DNA from: Bacteroidota bacterium
GTDB taxonomy: Bacteria; Bacteroidota; Bacteroidia; Chitinophagales; BACL12
Reading direction: 5' to 3'
Assembly: GCA_016124275.1 (NCBI GenBank)
Contig: WGOA01000045.1
Span: forward strand, 35,055-99,054
Length of the DNA stretch: 64,000 nt
The notes below the pieces were generated by a model that saw only the letters and a list, made by a program, of their open reading frames with translations, was not told the DNA's origin and ran no database searches. The position numbers and the translations under genes are program-made. Shown here one piece after another: positions 1 through 8,673 of the stretch. Every line of letters starts with the position of its first letter. The stretch's first letter is position 1.

Positions 1-616
1 GGAGCCAATCCCAAGCCTGGCAAAAGGCCTGCGAATCTGGCAGGAGAAGGGCCTTTTTGGGAGCCGCAAAGCTCAGGCAACGAGATGCCCGGACCGCCGT
101 ACCTTTGGTGTGGGCATCGGCAAAGAGGCCGCTGGGGAGGTCAATGGAAACCACTTCGGCACCGGAACTGTTGAGCCGCTGCACCACCGCTTCTGCCAGT
201 CCCTGCAAGGGGCGGTTCAGGCCTGAACCAAAAAGCGCATCAACGACGATTGTGCCGGGTTCAATTGCCCGCCAATCATCGGGTTGATGCATATGGACCA
301 GCGGCGGGTGCAACCGTTCTAATCGCTCCAGGTTCAGGCGGAAATCGTCGGAGCCAGGCGCTTGAAACCAGACTATCCCAACACTTACCGGGTAACCCGC
401 CTGAATCAAATGACGGGCAACGGCTAATCCGTCCCCGCCGTTGTTCCCGGTTCCAGCCAGCACGTAAACGGGTTGACTGTTGGGGTAAATTTTTTGAAAC
501 CACCCGCTAAAGACGCGCGACGCGCGCTCCATCAAATCGATGGAGGAGATGGGTTCCCGCTTGATGGTTTCCTGGTCCATCCAGCGCACCTGATCTTGAT
601 TTAAAACTTTAAGCAT
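1..616 (-). CDS. nnr: NAD(P)H-hydrate epimerase/repair enzyme (YjeF-N domain); 5' part only, gene continues past the left edge
   Basis: Absent from the ORF track because it has no stop in the window. My reverse-complement translation from ATG 616..614 reads MLKVLNQDQVRWMDQETIKREPISSIDLMERASRVFSGWFQKIYPNSQPVYVLAGTGNNGGDGLAVARHL..., which carries the YjeF_N 'GxGNNGGDG' signature. The ATG overlaps the stop of the upstream gene by 8 nt (ATGCTTAA). Confidence 0.8.
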   Translation of the reverse strand, partial: MLKVLNQDQVRWMDQETIKREPISSIDLMERASRVFSGWFQKIYPNSQPVYVLAGTGNNGGDGLAVARHLIQAGYPVSVGIVWFQAPGSDDFRLNLERLERLHPPLVHMHQPDDWRAIEPGTIVVDALFGSGLNRPLQGLAEAVVQRLNSSGAEVVSIDLPSGLFADAHTKGTAVRASRCLSFAAPKKALLLPDSQAFCQAWDWL

Positions 617-1463
617 TCCAATTTAAACGTTTGATATGCCTTAGTTTATGCGTATATTTTTTCCTTTCAGCGTGAAAAATTCCATGGGTGTCCAGAGCGT
701 CGATTCGCACGCTCCCGGAGGCGTGAAGAATGCGGCCGGGACCGCAGAGCATGCCTACGTGGACAATTCTGCCTTCTTCATTTTCAAAGAAAGCGAGGTC
801 TCCTTCTGTTGCCTGGTGCACAAAATCAAGCGTTTCTCCTACCAGGGCTTGATCAGCAGCATCGCGCGGAAGGGATACTCCAGCGGTTTTGCAGACTACT
901 TGCACCAATCCGGAGCAATCTATTCCAAAGGGCGTTTTGCCTCCCCACAAATAAGGCGCCCCGAGGAACTTATTGGCCACCTTAACTGCAAAGGCCGCAG
1001 CGGGTGCCACCTTTCCGGCTTCCACGGCCTGGCCGTTAAAGACAAACTTTTCTTGCTGTAATTTAAAGTTTAACCCGTCAAACTGAGGCAAAACACTGCC
1101 CAAAACAAGCAGCACGTGGCGGTCTTTGCTGGTAGCGCTTTGCACCAAATCCAAGGTGCACCAAGGGGAGTCTGTCGGGGGAAGGGGATTTTTGAGCAAC
1201 CGCGCCTGCGCGCGATCCAACCACCCTTCGTAACTGTCAGCATCGATCCGGATTAGGAGCCATTCTCCCTCTTCCCGGAGCAATTCCCAGGTTTCTCCAA
1301 ACAATAATTGCGTAACCATTTCGCTTCTATGGGAGGGTTCCCTGCGAAGTGGAATAACGCTAAACGTGCATAAGCCATGATTCATAAGGCCCCAATTTAG
1401 GCATTTGTCCACACCGCGGAAGTTGTGGGTAAAAATGGTAGAAAGGGCATCGTAAATCCCCAT
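609..1463 (-). CDS. NlpC/P60 (C40) peptidoglycan endopeptidase with N-terminal SH3b-like domain
   Basis: 284-aa ORF. 'GAPYLWGGKTPFGIDCSGLVQVV' plus the downstream 'HVGM' give the NlpC/P60 catalytic Cys/His. N-terminal 'VIPLRREPSHRSEMVTQLLFGE' matches the SH3-like region of YkfC-type enzymes. The true start may be the internal Met at 1385. Confidence 0.85.
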   Translation of the reverse strand: MGIYDALSTIFTHNFRGVDKCLNWGLMNHGLCTFSVIPLRREPSHRSEMVTQLLFGETWELLREEGEWLLIRIDADSYEGWLDRAQARLLKNPLPPTDSPWCTLDLVQSATSKDRHVLLVLGSVLPQFDGLNFKLQQEKFVFNGQAVEAGKVAPAAAFAVKVANKFLGAPYLWGGKTPFGIDCSGLVQVVCKTAGVSLPRDAADQALVGETLDFVHQATEGDLAFFENEEGRIVHVGMLCGPGRILHASGSVRIDALDTHGIFHAERKKYTHKLRHIKRLNWNA

Positions 1464-1530
1464 CTTCTCCGTACCTTGCTATGGGGAAACGGGAGGCTTA
1501 ACGTACACGTAACGAATACTTTACACCCGA

Positions 1531-4500
1531 ATGCATTTGAGGCTTTCCGATGTCCTGCTGTGGTTTGACCGCAGTGTCCTGTCCAGATTAATCATATGGA
1601 TTTTTTTGGCTTTGGGTTCAGGCTTTGTTGCCAAGGGGCAAATCACCGCCAATTTTACCGCCGATTCCACCACGGGATGCGAGCAGCTGTTGGTGAATTT
1701 TAGCGATCTGTCCACGGGTACGGTCACGTCTTGGACCTGGGCCATTTACAACGACGTCGGAGCAGTAGTTGGATTTTCCTCCCTGGAGGATCCAAGTTTC
1801 GTTTTTGATATCCCCGGCAATTACGATGTTGAACTGACCGTTTGCGGTCCGGCGGGTTGTGATACCCGATACCTGGCGGATTACCTTGTCCTCTTTGATG
1901 CCCCTGAAGTGCTTTACACGGCTTCGGCATTTTCCGGTTGCCCGCCTGTTAACATCAGTTTTACCGATGTAACCTCGTATTCATCCGGAGCATTTCTCAA
2001 TCGCTTTTGGGTAATTGAAGGGGGGCCTTTGCTTCCAACGTCTTCTTCCATAAATTATACGTTTACAGCACCGGGTATTTACGATGTGCTCCTGCTGATA
2101 GAAGATGACAACGGATGCAGTGCATTTTACGAAGACTCTGTAGAAATCTTTGCTCCGCCTGCAGCGGTGCTTTCTGCAACGGATTATTCGGCTTGTAACC
2201 CTCCGCTTTCTACTACTTTTTCGGCGGCCGTTACGGGCACGCCGCCTTATACCTACAGCTGGGATTTTGGCGATGGTAGCACCTCAACTCTCCCTTCGCC
2301 TTCGCATACCTACACCAGTTCTGGAAACTTCAATGTAAGCCTCACGATCACGGACGGCCAGGGCTGTACAGCCACCATAGCGGAAACAAACTTCATTCAG
2401 GTCTTTCCTGCCGATGTTCAGTTCAGCACTGCAACAACCGTGGGATGTGTAGGCCAGCCCCTTGATTTTATCAATACCAGCACGCCCAGTTCGGGTACAT
2501 GGGTTTGGAATTTTGGCGACGGCAGTCCGGTTTCCGGGTTTTTCTCGCCGAGCCATACCTACGCCACTCCTGGTACTTACACGGTTAGTTTGCTGGGCAG
2601 TTTCGGCAGTGGTTGCTCGGATAACTTCACCCAAACCATTGTAGTTCAAAATCCTCCTACGGGAGATTTTACTGCTTCTACCACAGAAGATTGTCAGGTT
2701 CCCACGACGGTATCGTTCAGCAGTTCTCCGGGACCGAGTGTGGCTTCCTACCTCTGGACCTTTGGCGATGGCAGCACGTCAACTGCGGCCAATCCCAACC
2801 ATACCTACACCGCATACGGAACCTACACCGTAACCCTTACTATGTTTGATGCCGCAGGTTGCTCTATTGTTGTAACCAAAAGCAATTTCATTTCTATTCA
2901 GCCGTTGGACGTGGGTTTTGTTTTGGATCCGGAAGATGGTTGCGCCCCGTTAACCATTTTATTTGCGGACACCACAAGCGGCCCTTCCCCCATTACCACT
3001 TGGTTCTGGACATTTGGTACAGGGGCTACGGCTACCGCTGCTTCTCCAAGCTATACCTACACTACCCCGGGATGCTATGATGTTTCGTTGACCGTTACGT
3101 CCGCTACCGGGTGCACGGCAACCTTGTTGGAACCCAATTTTGCCTGCGCAGGCAGCGACAACACCGCTTTTTTTACCGTACCGGACACCTCCTGTCCTGC
3201 CGTTCTTGTCGGGGTTGGTGCAGCCGGATTGGATGCCGTGGAAGTTTTTGTGGACGGGGGGTTGCTCACCACCATTCCCACTCCATCAGATCCCATGTTG
3301 ATCCCAAACATTCCCAACGGGTTGCACGACTTAACGCTGGTTTCTTACGACAACGGTTGCCCGGATACGCTGGAAACATCCATCTTCATTTTAGCGCCGA
3401 TTGATTCGGTTATTAACGTCATTCGGGATTGCGCCAATCCCTACCAGGTCACGTTTATCTTGCAGCCTTCCGTTGCCGATTCATCTTGCGGGTGGGAATG
3501 GGATTTGGGCGATGGCACCATTGTCGCTAACGTCGATACCCTGGTCTATACCTACGCCACTCCGGGTTTCTATGTCCTGAACATAGAGGTTTTCTGTTTT
3601 GATTTGGGTACCTGTGGGACGCTGGCTGCCGGTGGCATTACCATTACTGATCCCGTAGCTGATTTCACGCCCGCGATTGACTTCAGTTGCAGCTACCCGG
3701 TTGCCATAAACTTTGAGGACAATTCCACTGATGGGTTCAATGATGATTTGATCTACGCCTGGTCGTTTGGCGATGGAGGAACATCTTTTGTGTCCGGACC
3801 CACCCGAAACTATACCGTGCCTGGTGAGTTTGTGGTGAGTGTGGTGATTACGGATGTCAATGGTTGCACCGATTCCCATGTGGATACGGTGAACATCAGT
3901 CAATTGCAGGCAGATCTGAGCTGGACCGCCCTATGCTCCCCATTGGATGTAGAGATCACGGACGCCACAGTGGCCGTTGGGGGTGCCATTACGTCCTGGT
4001 CCATTGATTACGGAGATGGCACAAGCGAAATTGTGGTTCCCCCGGCTTCGCTCGGAACAGTCATTCACTCGTATCCAACAGAAGGCGAATTCAATGTGCA
4101 ATTATTGGTAACCAATGAATTTGGGTGTTCGGATAATGTTACTGTCGAAGTGAGCAATACCTTTCTTCGGCCTGATTTCCTGGTCAATGATGCATTCCCG
4201 TGTGCAGGGCAATCCATTAATTTCATCAATCTGAGCATCGGGACCGGGCTCACCTATTTCTGGGATTTTGGTGTTCCTGGGGTAACCGATGACACCAGCA
4301 ACCTTTTCGGGCCCTCTTTTGCATATCCCTATGTGGGCACGTTTAGTCCATCATTGGTCATTACAGACGTCAACGGCTGCACGCAGTCGCTGGTCCTGCC
4401 GGATTTCATAACCACTGACACGCTGGTGGTAGAACCGTTTGACTGGACTACGCTGATTGAGAATTGCAATTTTGCTTTGGTAGAATTCCGGCCAAACGCG

Positions 4501-6207
4501 TTGGATACTGCTGAAGCCTGCTCGTATTTCTGGAACTTTGGTGATGGTGGTGTTTCCGTAGAAAGGACCCCCATCTATCCCTATGTTTTGGCAGGGGAGT
4601 ACAATGTTTCGCTGACCATCACCAATTGCAACGGTTGTTCGGACATCTATACGGTAAGCAATGCCATTACGGTAATCGGGCCATTTGGCAATTTCTCGGT
4701 TTCGGATGACAGCATTTGCATTGGTCAAACCATTCTGTTTGAAGCCAACGTGGTCAAATCAGATTCTATTTTTCTGTTTGCTGGCAATGGAGATGTCTTT
4801 GGGACGGATATCCCTTTTAGCGATACAGTGAGCACCCATATTCTTTCTTATGCTTACAGTGTCCCTGGCACCTACACGCCCCAAATTGTGATCAAGGACA
4901 CAACAGGATGTTTTTCAGTTTTGCATGGGGATAGCATTTTTGTGGGTTCGCCTTCTGTTGCAGCATTTGATTTGCCCATTGCCGAAGCGTGCCTGGGTGA
5001 GGAGTTTCCGCTCATAGACCTCACCGTTGCGACCGATCCAGTTACCGGATTGAGTTGGAGCTTTACAGATACCACGCTTGCCGGTGCGCTTGCGGACACC
5101 ACGTTCTTTACGCCACTTGCTGCAGGACTTTATCCTTTTCAACTTTTGGTTGAAACTGCATTTGGTTGTGTGGATTCTGCCGCGGGTTCGTTCAATGTTT
5201 TGCCTTTGCCCGCCATTGGGATCAGTCCGGATACGTCCGTATGTCCAGGATTGAGCACACAGCTGCTCGCCAGTGGGGGAATCGCCTATTCGTGGTCGCC
5301 TGCAACAGGATTGAGCGATCCATTGATTGCAAATCCATTCGCTAATCCGATTTTAACCACTACCTACACCGTAGTGGTTGATGACGGGAGTTGTGTGGAT
5401 TCGGCCCAGGTAACAGTCACGGCCGTAGAGGAGTTGCCCATCGTCTTTGGCACGGACACTACACTCTGTCTCGGCCAATCAGCACCGCTTTTTGTTGAAT
5501 TGCCCACCGGACTGCCTGGTGACGTTCTTTGGTCGTGGAGTCCTGTTGAAGGGTTAGATGACCCATCCAGTCTGAACCCAATTGCGACGCCCTTGGTCAC
5601 AACCACGTATGCGGTCAGCGTGAGTTGCGGCGATCTGACGAATGTCGGAGAAGTGGATGTGGTCATTAATGCGCTCCCGATTGCTGCCATTGTGCAAGGG
5701 GATACGACGATTTTCCCTGGAGAGTCTGTTTCCCTGCCCACGGTGGTTGGGGGGGGAGGGGGCTTGTTCGCGTATACCTGGACACCGCCCATTGATTTAA
5801 GCTGCACGGATTGTGATAATCCGGTTTCTACCCCAAACAGTGACATTGAGTATGTCCTGTTTGTGCAAGATCAGTTTGGCTGCAGCGACAGTGCCAGTGT
5901 CAGGATTAATTTGCGCGAGGATTGTGGCGAAGGCGTTTTTGAAATTGCCAACATCATCACGCCAAACGGGGACGGGGCAAACGATGTTTTCAGTTTCCGT
6001 TATGAAGGCATTTCTGAAATATTGGCCATTCGCATTTTTGATCGCTGGGGGGGAATTGTGTTTGAGACCCAGGACGTGGAAACGCAGTGGAATGGAACTT
6101 GCAGTGGTAAATTTTGTACCCCCGGGGTGTACGTCTATACCATCGAAGCTGTTTGCGACAACCTGGTCAACACAATCCTGGCCGGAAACGTTACCCTGAT
6201 CCGATGA
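1531..6207 (+). CDS. giant surface PKD-repeat protein with T9SS type-B (gliding-motility) C-terminal sorting domain
   Basis: 1558-aa ORF with a hydrophobic N-terminal signal/anchor. About a dozen PKD modules are marked by recurring W(D/N/T)FGDG(S/T)...H.Y...G.Y.V.L motifs. There are three C-proximal ~75-aa Cys repeats (C.G.S..L.A.GG..Y.WSP..GL....NP...P..TT.Y.V.V). The last ~90 aa 'ITPNGDGANDVFSF...IFDRWGGIVFE...WNG...PGVYVYTIE' match the type-B CTD. Confidence 0.85.
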   Translation: MHLRLSDVLLWFDRSVLSRLIIWIFLALGSGFVAKGQITANFTADSTTGCEQLLVNFSDLSTGTVTSWTWAIYNDVGAVVGFSSLEDPSFVFDIPGNYDVELTVCGPAGCDTRYLADYLVLFDAPEVLYTASAFSGCPPVNISFTDVTSYSSGAFLNRFWVIEGGPLLPTSSSINYTFTAPGIYDVLLLIEDDNGCSAFYEDSVEIFAPPAAVLSATDYSACNPPLSTTFSAAVTGTPPYTYSWDFGDGSTSTLPSPSHTYTSSGNFNVSLTITDGQGCTATIAETNFIQVFPADVQFSTATTVGCVGQPLDFINTSTPSSGTWVWNFGDGSPVSGFFSPSHTYATPGTYTVSLLGSFGSGCSDNFTQTIVVQNPPTGDFTASTTEDCQVPTTVSFSSSPGPSVASYLWTFGDGSTSTAANPNHTYTAYGTYTVTLTMFDAAGCSIVVTKSNFISIQPLDVGFVLDPEDGCAPLTILFADTTSGPSPITTWFWTFGTGATATAASPSYTYTTPGCYDVSLTVTSATGCTATLLEPNFACAGSDNTAFFTVPDTSCPAVLVGVGAAGLDAVEVFVDGGLLTTIPTPSDPMLIPNIPNGLHDLTLVSYDNGCPDTLETSIFILAPIDSVINVIRDCANPYQVTFILQPSVADSSCGWEWDLGDGTIVANVDTLVYTYATPGFYVLNIEVFCFDLGTCGTLAAGGITITDPVADFTPAIDFSCSYPVAINFEDNSTDGFNDDLIYAWSFGDGGTSFVSGPTRNYTVPGEFVVSVVITDVNGCTDSHVDTVNISQLQADLSWTALCSPLDVEITDATVAVGGAITSWSIDYGDGTSEIVVPPASLGTVIHSYPTEGEFNVQLLVTNEFGCSDNVTVEVSNTFLRPDFLVNDAFPCAGQSINFINLSIGTGLTYFWDFGVPGVTDDTSNLFGPSFAYPYVGTFSPSLVITDVNGCTQSLVLPDFITTDTLVVEPFDWTTLIENCNFALVEFRPNALDTAEACSYFWNFGDGGVSVERTPIYPYVLAGEYNVSLTITNCNGCSDIYTVSNAITVIGPFGNFSVSDDSICIGQTILFEANVVKSDSIFLFAGNGDVFGTDIPFSDTVSTHILSYAYSVPGTYTPQIVIKDTTGCFSVLHGDSIFVGSPSVAAFDLPIAEACLGEEFPLIDLTVATDPVTGLSWSFTDTTLAGALADTTFFTPLAAGLYPFQLLVETAFGCVDSAAGSFNVLPLPAIGISPDTSVCPGLSTQLLASGGIAYSWSPATGLSDPLIANPFANPILTTTYTVVVDDGSCVDSAQVTVTAVEELPIVFGTDTTLCLGQSAPLFVELPTGLPGDVLWSWSPVEGLDDPSSLNPIATPLVTTTYAVSVSCGDLTNVGEVDVVINALPIAAIVQGDTTIFPGESVSLPTVVGGGGGLFAYTWTPPIDLSCTDCDNPVSTPNSDIEYVLFVQDQFGCSDSASVRINLREDCGEGVFEIANIITPNGDGANDVFSFRYEGISEILAIRIFDRWGGIVFETQDVETQWNGTCSGKFCTPGVYVYTIEAVCDNLVNTILAGNVTLIR

Positions 6208-7259
6208 AGTTCATGACGCTTATATTCAAGAGTTCCATGTTTCGGCTGGTAACGCAAGCATCCACAACAGCGCTGACCGTGGTTGTGCTGATGCTTTCTG
6301 CATCCTCCTTGCGCGGGCAGGATTGGCATTTTTCGCAATTTCAGGGCAATCCGCTTGCCCTTGATCCTGCTATGGCTGGATTGTTTTCCGGTGATTTGCG
6401 TTTGGGGTTGCAATACCGAAACCAGTGGAATTTTGCGGCCAATTACCACACTATTTCCGCTGCAGCAGATGCTCCCCTGGTGCGTTTTAAAAATGAAGAC
6501 TTTTTTGCGGGGAGCCTCCAGATCATCAGTGATCAGGCTGGAGATCTCCGATTCCGAACCACTTCCATCAGTGCAGGGCTGGCCTACCACAAACGGCTTG
6601 ATCCATACAAGAATCATTACTTGTCGGCTGGCTATCAGGCTGGCTATTCTCTTCGCGCAGTTGATTACAGTCAAATCGTGGCATTTGATCCGGAACCATC
6701 AGCGGTTTTGGAGAACAACCAGTTTGGCTTTTTGGATATGGCTGCTGGGGTAAACTGGTTTTTAGCGCCAAAGCGAAATCAGTTTGCCTACGCTGGACTG
6801 GGCATGCATCACCTCAATCAGCCCGACCAGAGTTTTCAGCAAAATGGGTCAGCGCCGCTGGCCATGCGAATTAATGTTTACGCTGGCGGGAGTTTGCCAC
6901 TATCTTCATCCGTCTTTTTGCAACCCGCGCTGGTGTACTACAATCAGGGCCCTCACCAGGAACTCAATGCAGGAGTGAACTTGCGATGGTGGCTCAATGA
7001 AGAGCAATCGATTTATCAAAAGGAGCGCGCAATCGGAATGGGCGTTTGGTACCGGGCAGCGGACGCTTTAATCGTCAGCACCCGTTTTGATTACGGTGAT
7101 TTTCTGATTGGACTCAGCTATGACATCAATTTTTCTAAACTATCTCAGGTTTCCAACCTCAACGGTGGTCCGGAAGTTTCGCTGGTTTACATCCTCAATA
7201 GCGGGAAAGATGCCGGTGGATCGCTGCGCCAACAAATGTATTGTCCTTCGTTCTTTTGA
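6204..7259 (+). CDS. PorP/SprF-family type IX secretion system membrane protein
   Basis: MKFMTLIF... signal sequence followed by 'QDWHFSQFQGNPLALDPAMAG...LQYRNQW', the PorP/SprF N-terminal signature, then beta-strand-like alternation to the end. I set the start at ATG 6204, which overlaps the adhesin stop (ATGA). The track start at 6114 would lie inside the adhesin. Confidence 0.8.
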   Translation: MKFMTLIFKSSMFRLVTQASTTALTVVVLMLSASSLRGQDWHFSQFQGNPLALDPAMAGLFSGDLRLGLQYRNQWNFAANYHTISAAADAPLVRFKNEDFFAGSLQIISDQAGDLRFRTTSISAGLAYHKRLDPYKNHYLSAGYQAGYSLRAVDYSQIVAFDPEPSAVLENNQFGFLDMAAGVNWFLAPKRNQFAYAGLGMHHLNQPDQSFQQNGSAPLAMRINVYAGGSLPLSSSVFLQPALVYYNQGPHQELNAGVNLRWWLNEEQSIYQKERAIGMGVWYRAADALIVSTRFDYGDFLIGLSYDINFSKLSQVSNLNGGPEVSLVYILNSGKDAGGSLRQQMYCPSFF

Positions 7260-7288
7260 GCAGGCTTCATGCATGTTTTGAAGCCAGG

Positions 7289-7313
7289 AACATAACATAA
7301 GCTTTGTTATGTT
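7289..7313. terminator. hairpin between convergent genes (possible bidirectional terminator)
   Basis: AACATAACA-taagctt-TGTTATGTT: perfect 9-bp stem with a 7-nt loop, followed by TT. It lies in the 94-bp gap between the PorP/SprF 3' end and the SPOR-protein 3' end. Confidence 0.45.
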
Positions 7314-7353
7314 TTGCGAATAGGCAGTCTGTTCCTTTTTGCTTGGCCCTTTT

Positions 7354-8652
7354 CTATCGGCCTGCATAGCGCAGAATCCAGGCATCCTCCTGGTTAAACG
7401 TTTTGCGCAGGGTAGCTAATTTGTTTGCTGCAACTGTATTATCTACGTCCACAAACATTCCTGCCCGATAGTTTCCATTTTCCGCAAAAAGGACGGCTCG
7501 CTGCCCAACTGGAGCTTTTACCGCCAGAAGCCTTTTTTCTGCTTCGTTTTTTGTTGGAAAAGAGCCTACGATAAGGTAGTAACCCTTTGGAGGCGCAATA
7601 CCTTCTGCATGGTAGAGCAGGGGCTGATTGACGATAGCCTCAGGCCGCGCAATTTTTGAAGGCGTTTCTGCGGGCGAATCAGTGGGCGCAGGAACAAGAG
7701 CATCGTTTGCAAGGCGCTGTTTTTCGCCTGAAACAACCGGGCCGGATCCTGGTTTTGGTGCTACCGTCAAAGGCTGGTTGCGGGAAAGCGATTCAACGGC
7801 GGTGGGTTGGTTTTTTTGACGCCACGTTGTGCGTAGTGCCAAGCTGTCTCTGGTAGCAAGGGCTGCGGCATAGCCAGTGGAATCTGGAATGGGGAGGATG
7901 GCCGCAGGAGTAACGGAAAGCAGTGTTGTTGTTGGACCAAAAGTGGCCATTTGGCGTTTAAGGCTCGGGATGAGCGGGTGAAGAATGGCTGCGCGCCCTT
8001 CCTCGATGACTGCTTCAGGACGCGGGGCTAACCACCTTGCCAGGCTGGTGGATTCTAAGGCCAAGCCACTCATTAAAATCTGCCATACGCCAAAGCACAT
8101 CAACACAAAAGCAGCAGCCCACCACCAGGTTTGTTTCGGCCAGCGCTCCCCAAAAGGCACTGTTGATGGTGTGGCATCTTCTTCCTCTGCGATTTCCTTG
8201 GGAGTTGGGGTTGGAGGGATGCGGGAACCGCCCGTGGTGAGGGGCAACGCCTTTAGAACCAGCAGGCCATAGGATTCCTCCAGAAAATTCTCGCGCTCCT
8301 CAGGAAGGAAGCGAAGTTTTGCATCCTCTTCCAGCAGTAACTTGCCCACTCCAGGAAAGCGCAGCGTTCTATCGCGTGTTAGGCGTTGGTGGCATCGCTC
8401 CGAAAACTGGCGCACCAACTCTTCGGCCGACGCATAAGGAAGCCCTTCTGATTCTGCTAAACTGTTTACAAGAAGCCCGTCGTTCCGCTCTAACCTTGGA
8501 TTGAATGCGATCGCTTTATCTGGAGGATAGAACTCTCCTGTACCCGGGTGCATTCTTGCAGACCGGTACTCGCTCACAAAGCCGCCCAGACCGGGCACTA
8601 TGACACAATTGTGCCGGTAGAGCAGATGTCCAATAAAGGGTAAGAGGTCCAC
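7354..8652 (-). CDS. HU-CCDC81-like N-terminal domains + C-terminal SPOR (peptidoglycan-binding) protein
   Basis: N-terminal 'LLYRHNCVIVPGLGGFVSEYRSARMHP..EFYPPDKAIAFNPRLERNDGLL' is the Bacteroidota HU-CCDC81 pattern. There is a mid-protein TM segment (WWWAAAFVLMCFGVWQILM). C-terminal 'YYLIVGSFPTKNEAEKRL...NYRAGMF' is SPOR-like. Confidence 0.75.
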   Translation of the reverse strand: MDLLPFIGHLLYRHNCVIVPGLGGFVSEYRSARMHPGTGEFYPPDKAIAFNPRLERNDGLLVNSLAESEGLPYASAEELVRQFSERCHQRLTRDRTLRFPGVGKLLLEEDAKLRFLPEERENFLEESYGLLVLKALPLTTGGSRIPPTPTPKEIAEEEDATPSTVPFGERWPKQTWWWAAAFVLMCFGVWQILMSGLALESTSLARWLAPRPEAVIEEGRAAILHPLIPSLKRQMATFGPTTTLLSVTPAAILPIPDSTGYAAALATRDSLALRTTWRQKNQPTAVESLSRNQPLTVAPKPGSGPVVSGEKQRLANDALVPAPTDSPAETPSKIARPEAIVNQPLLYHAEGIAPPKGYYLIVGSFPTKNEAEKRLLAVKAPVGQRAVLFAENGNYRAGMFVDVDNTVAANKLATLRKTFNQEDAWILRYAGR

Positions 8653-8673
8653 TTAGGACACGAAGAACGGAAA

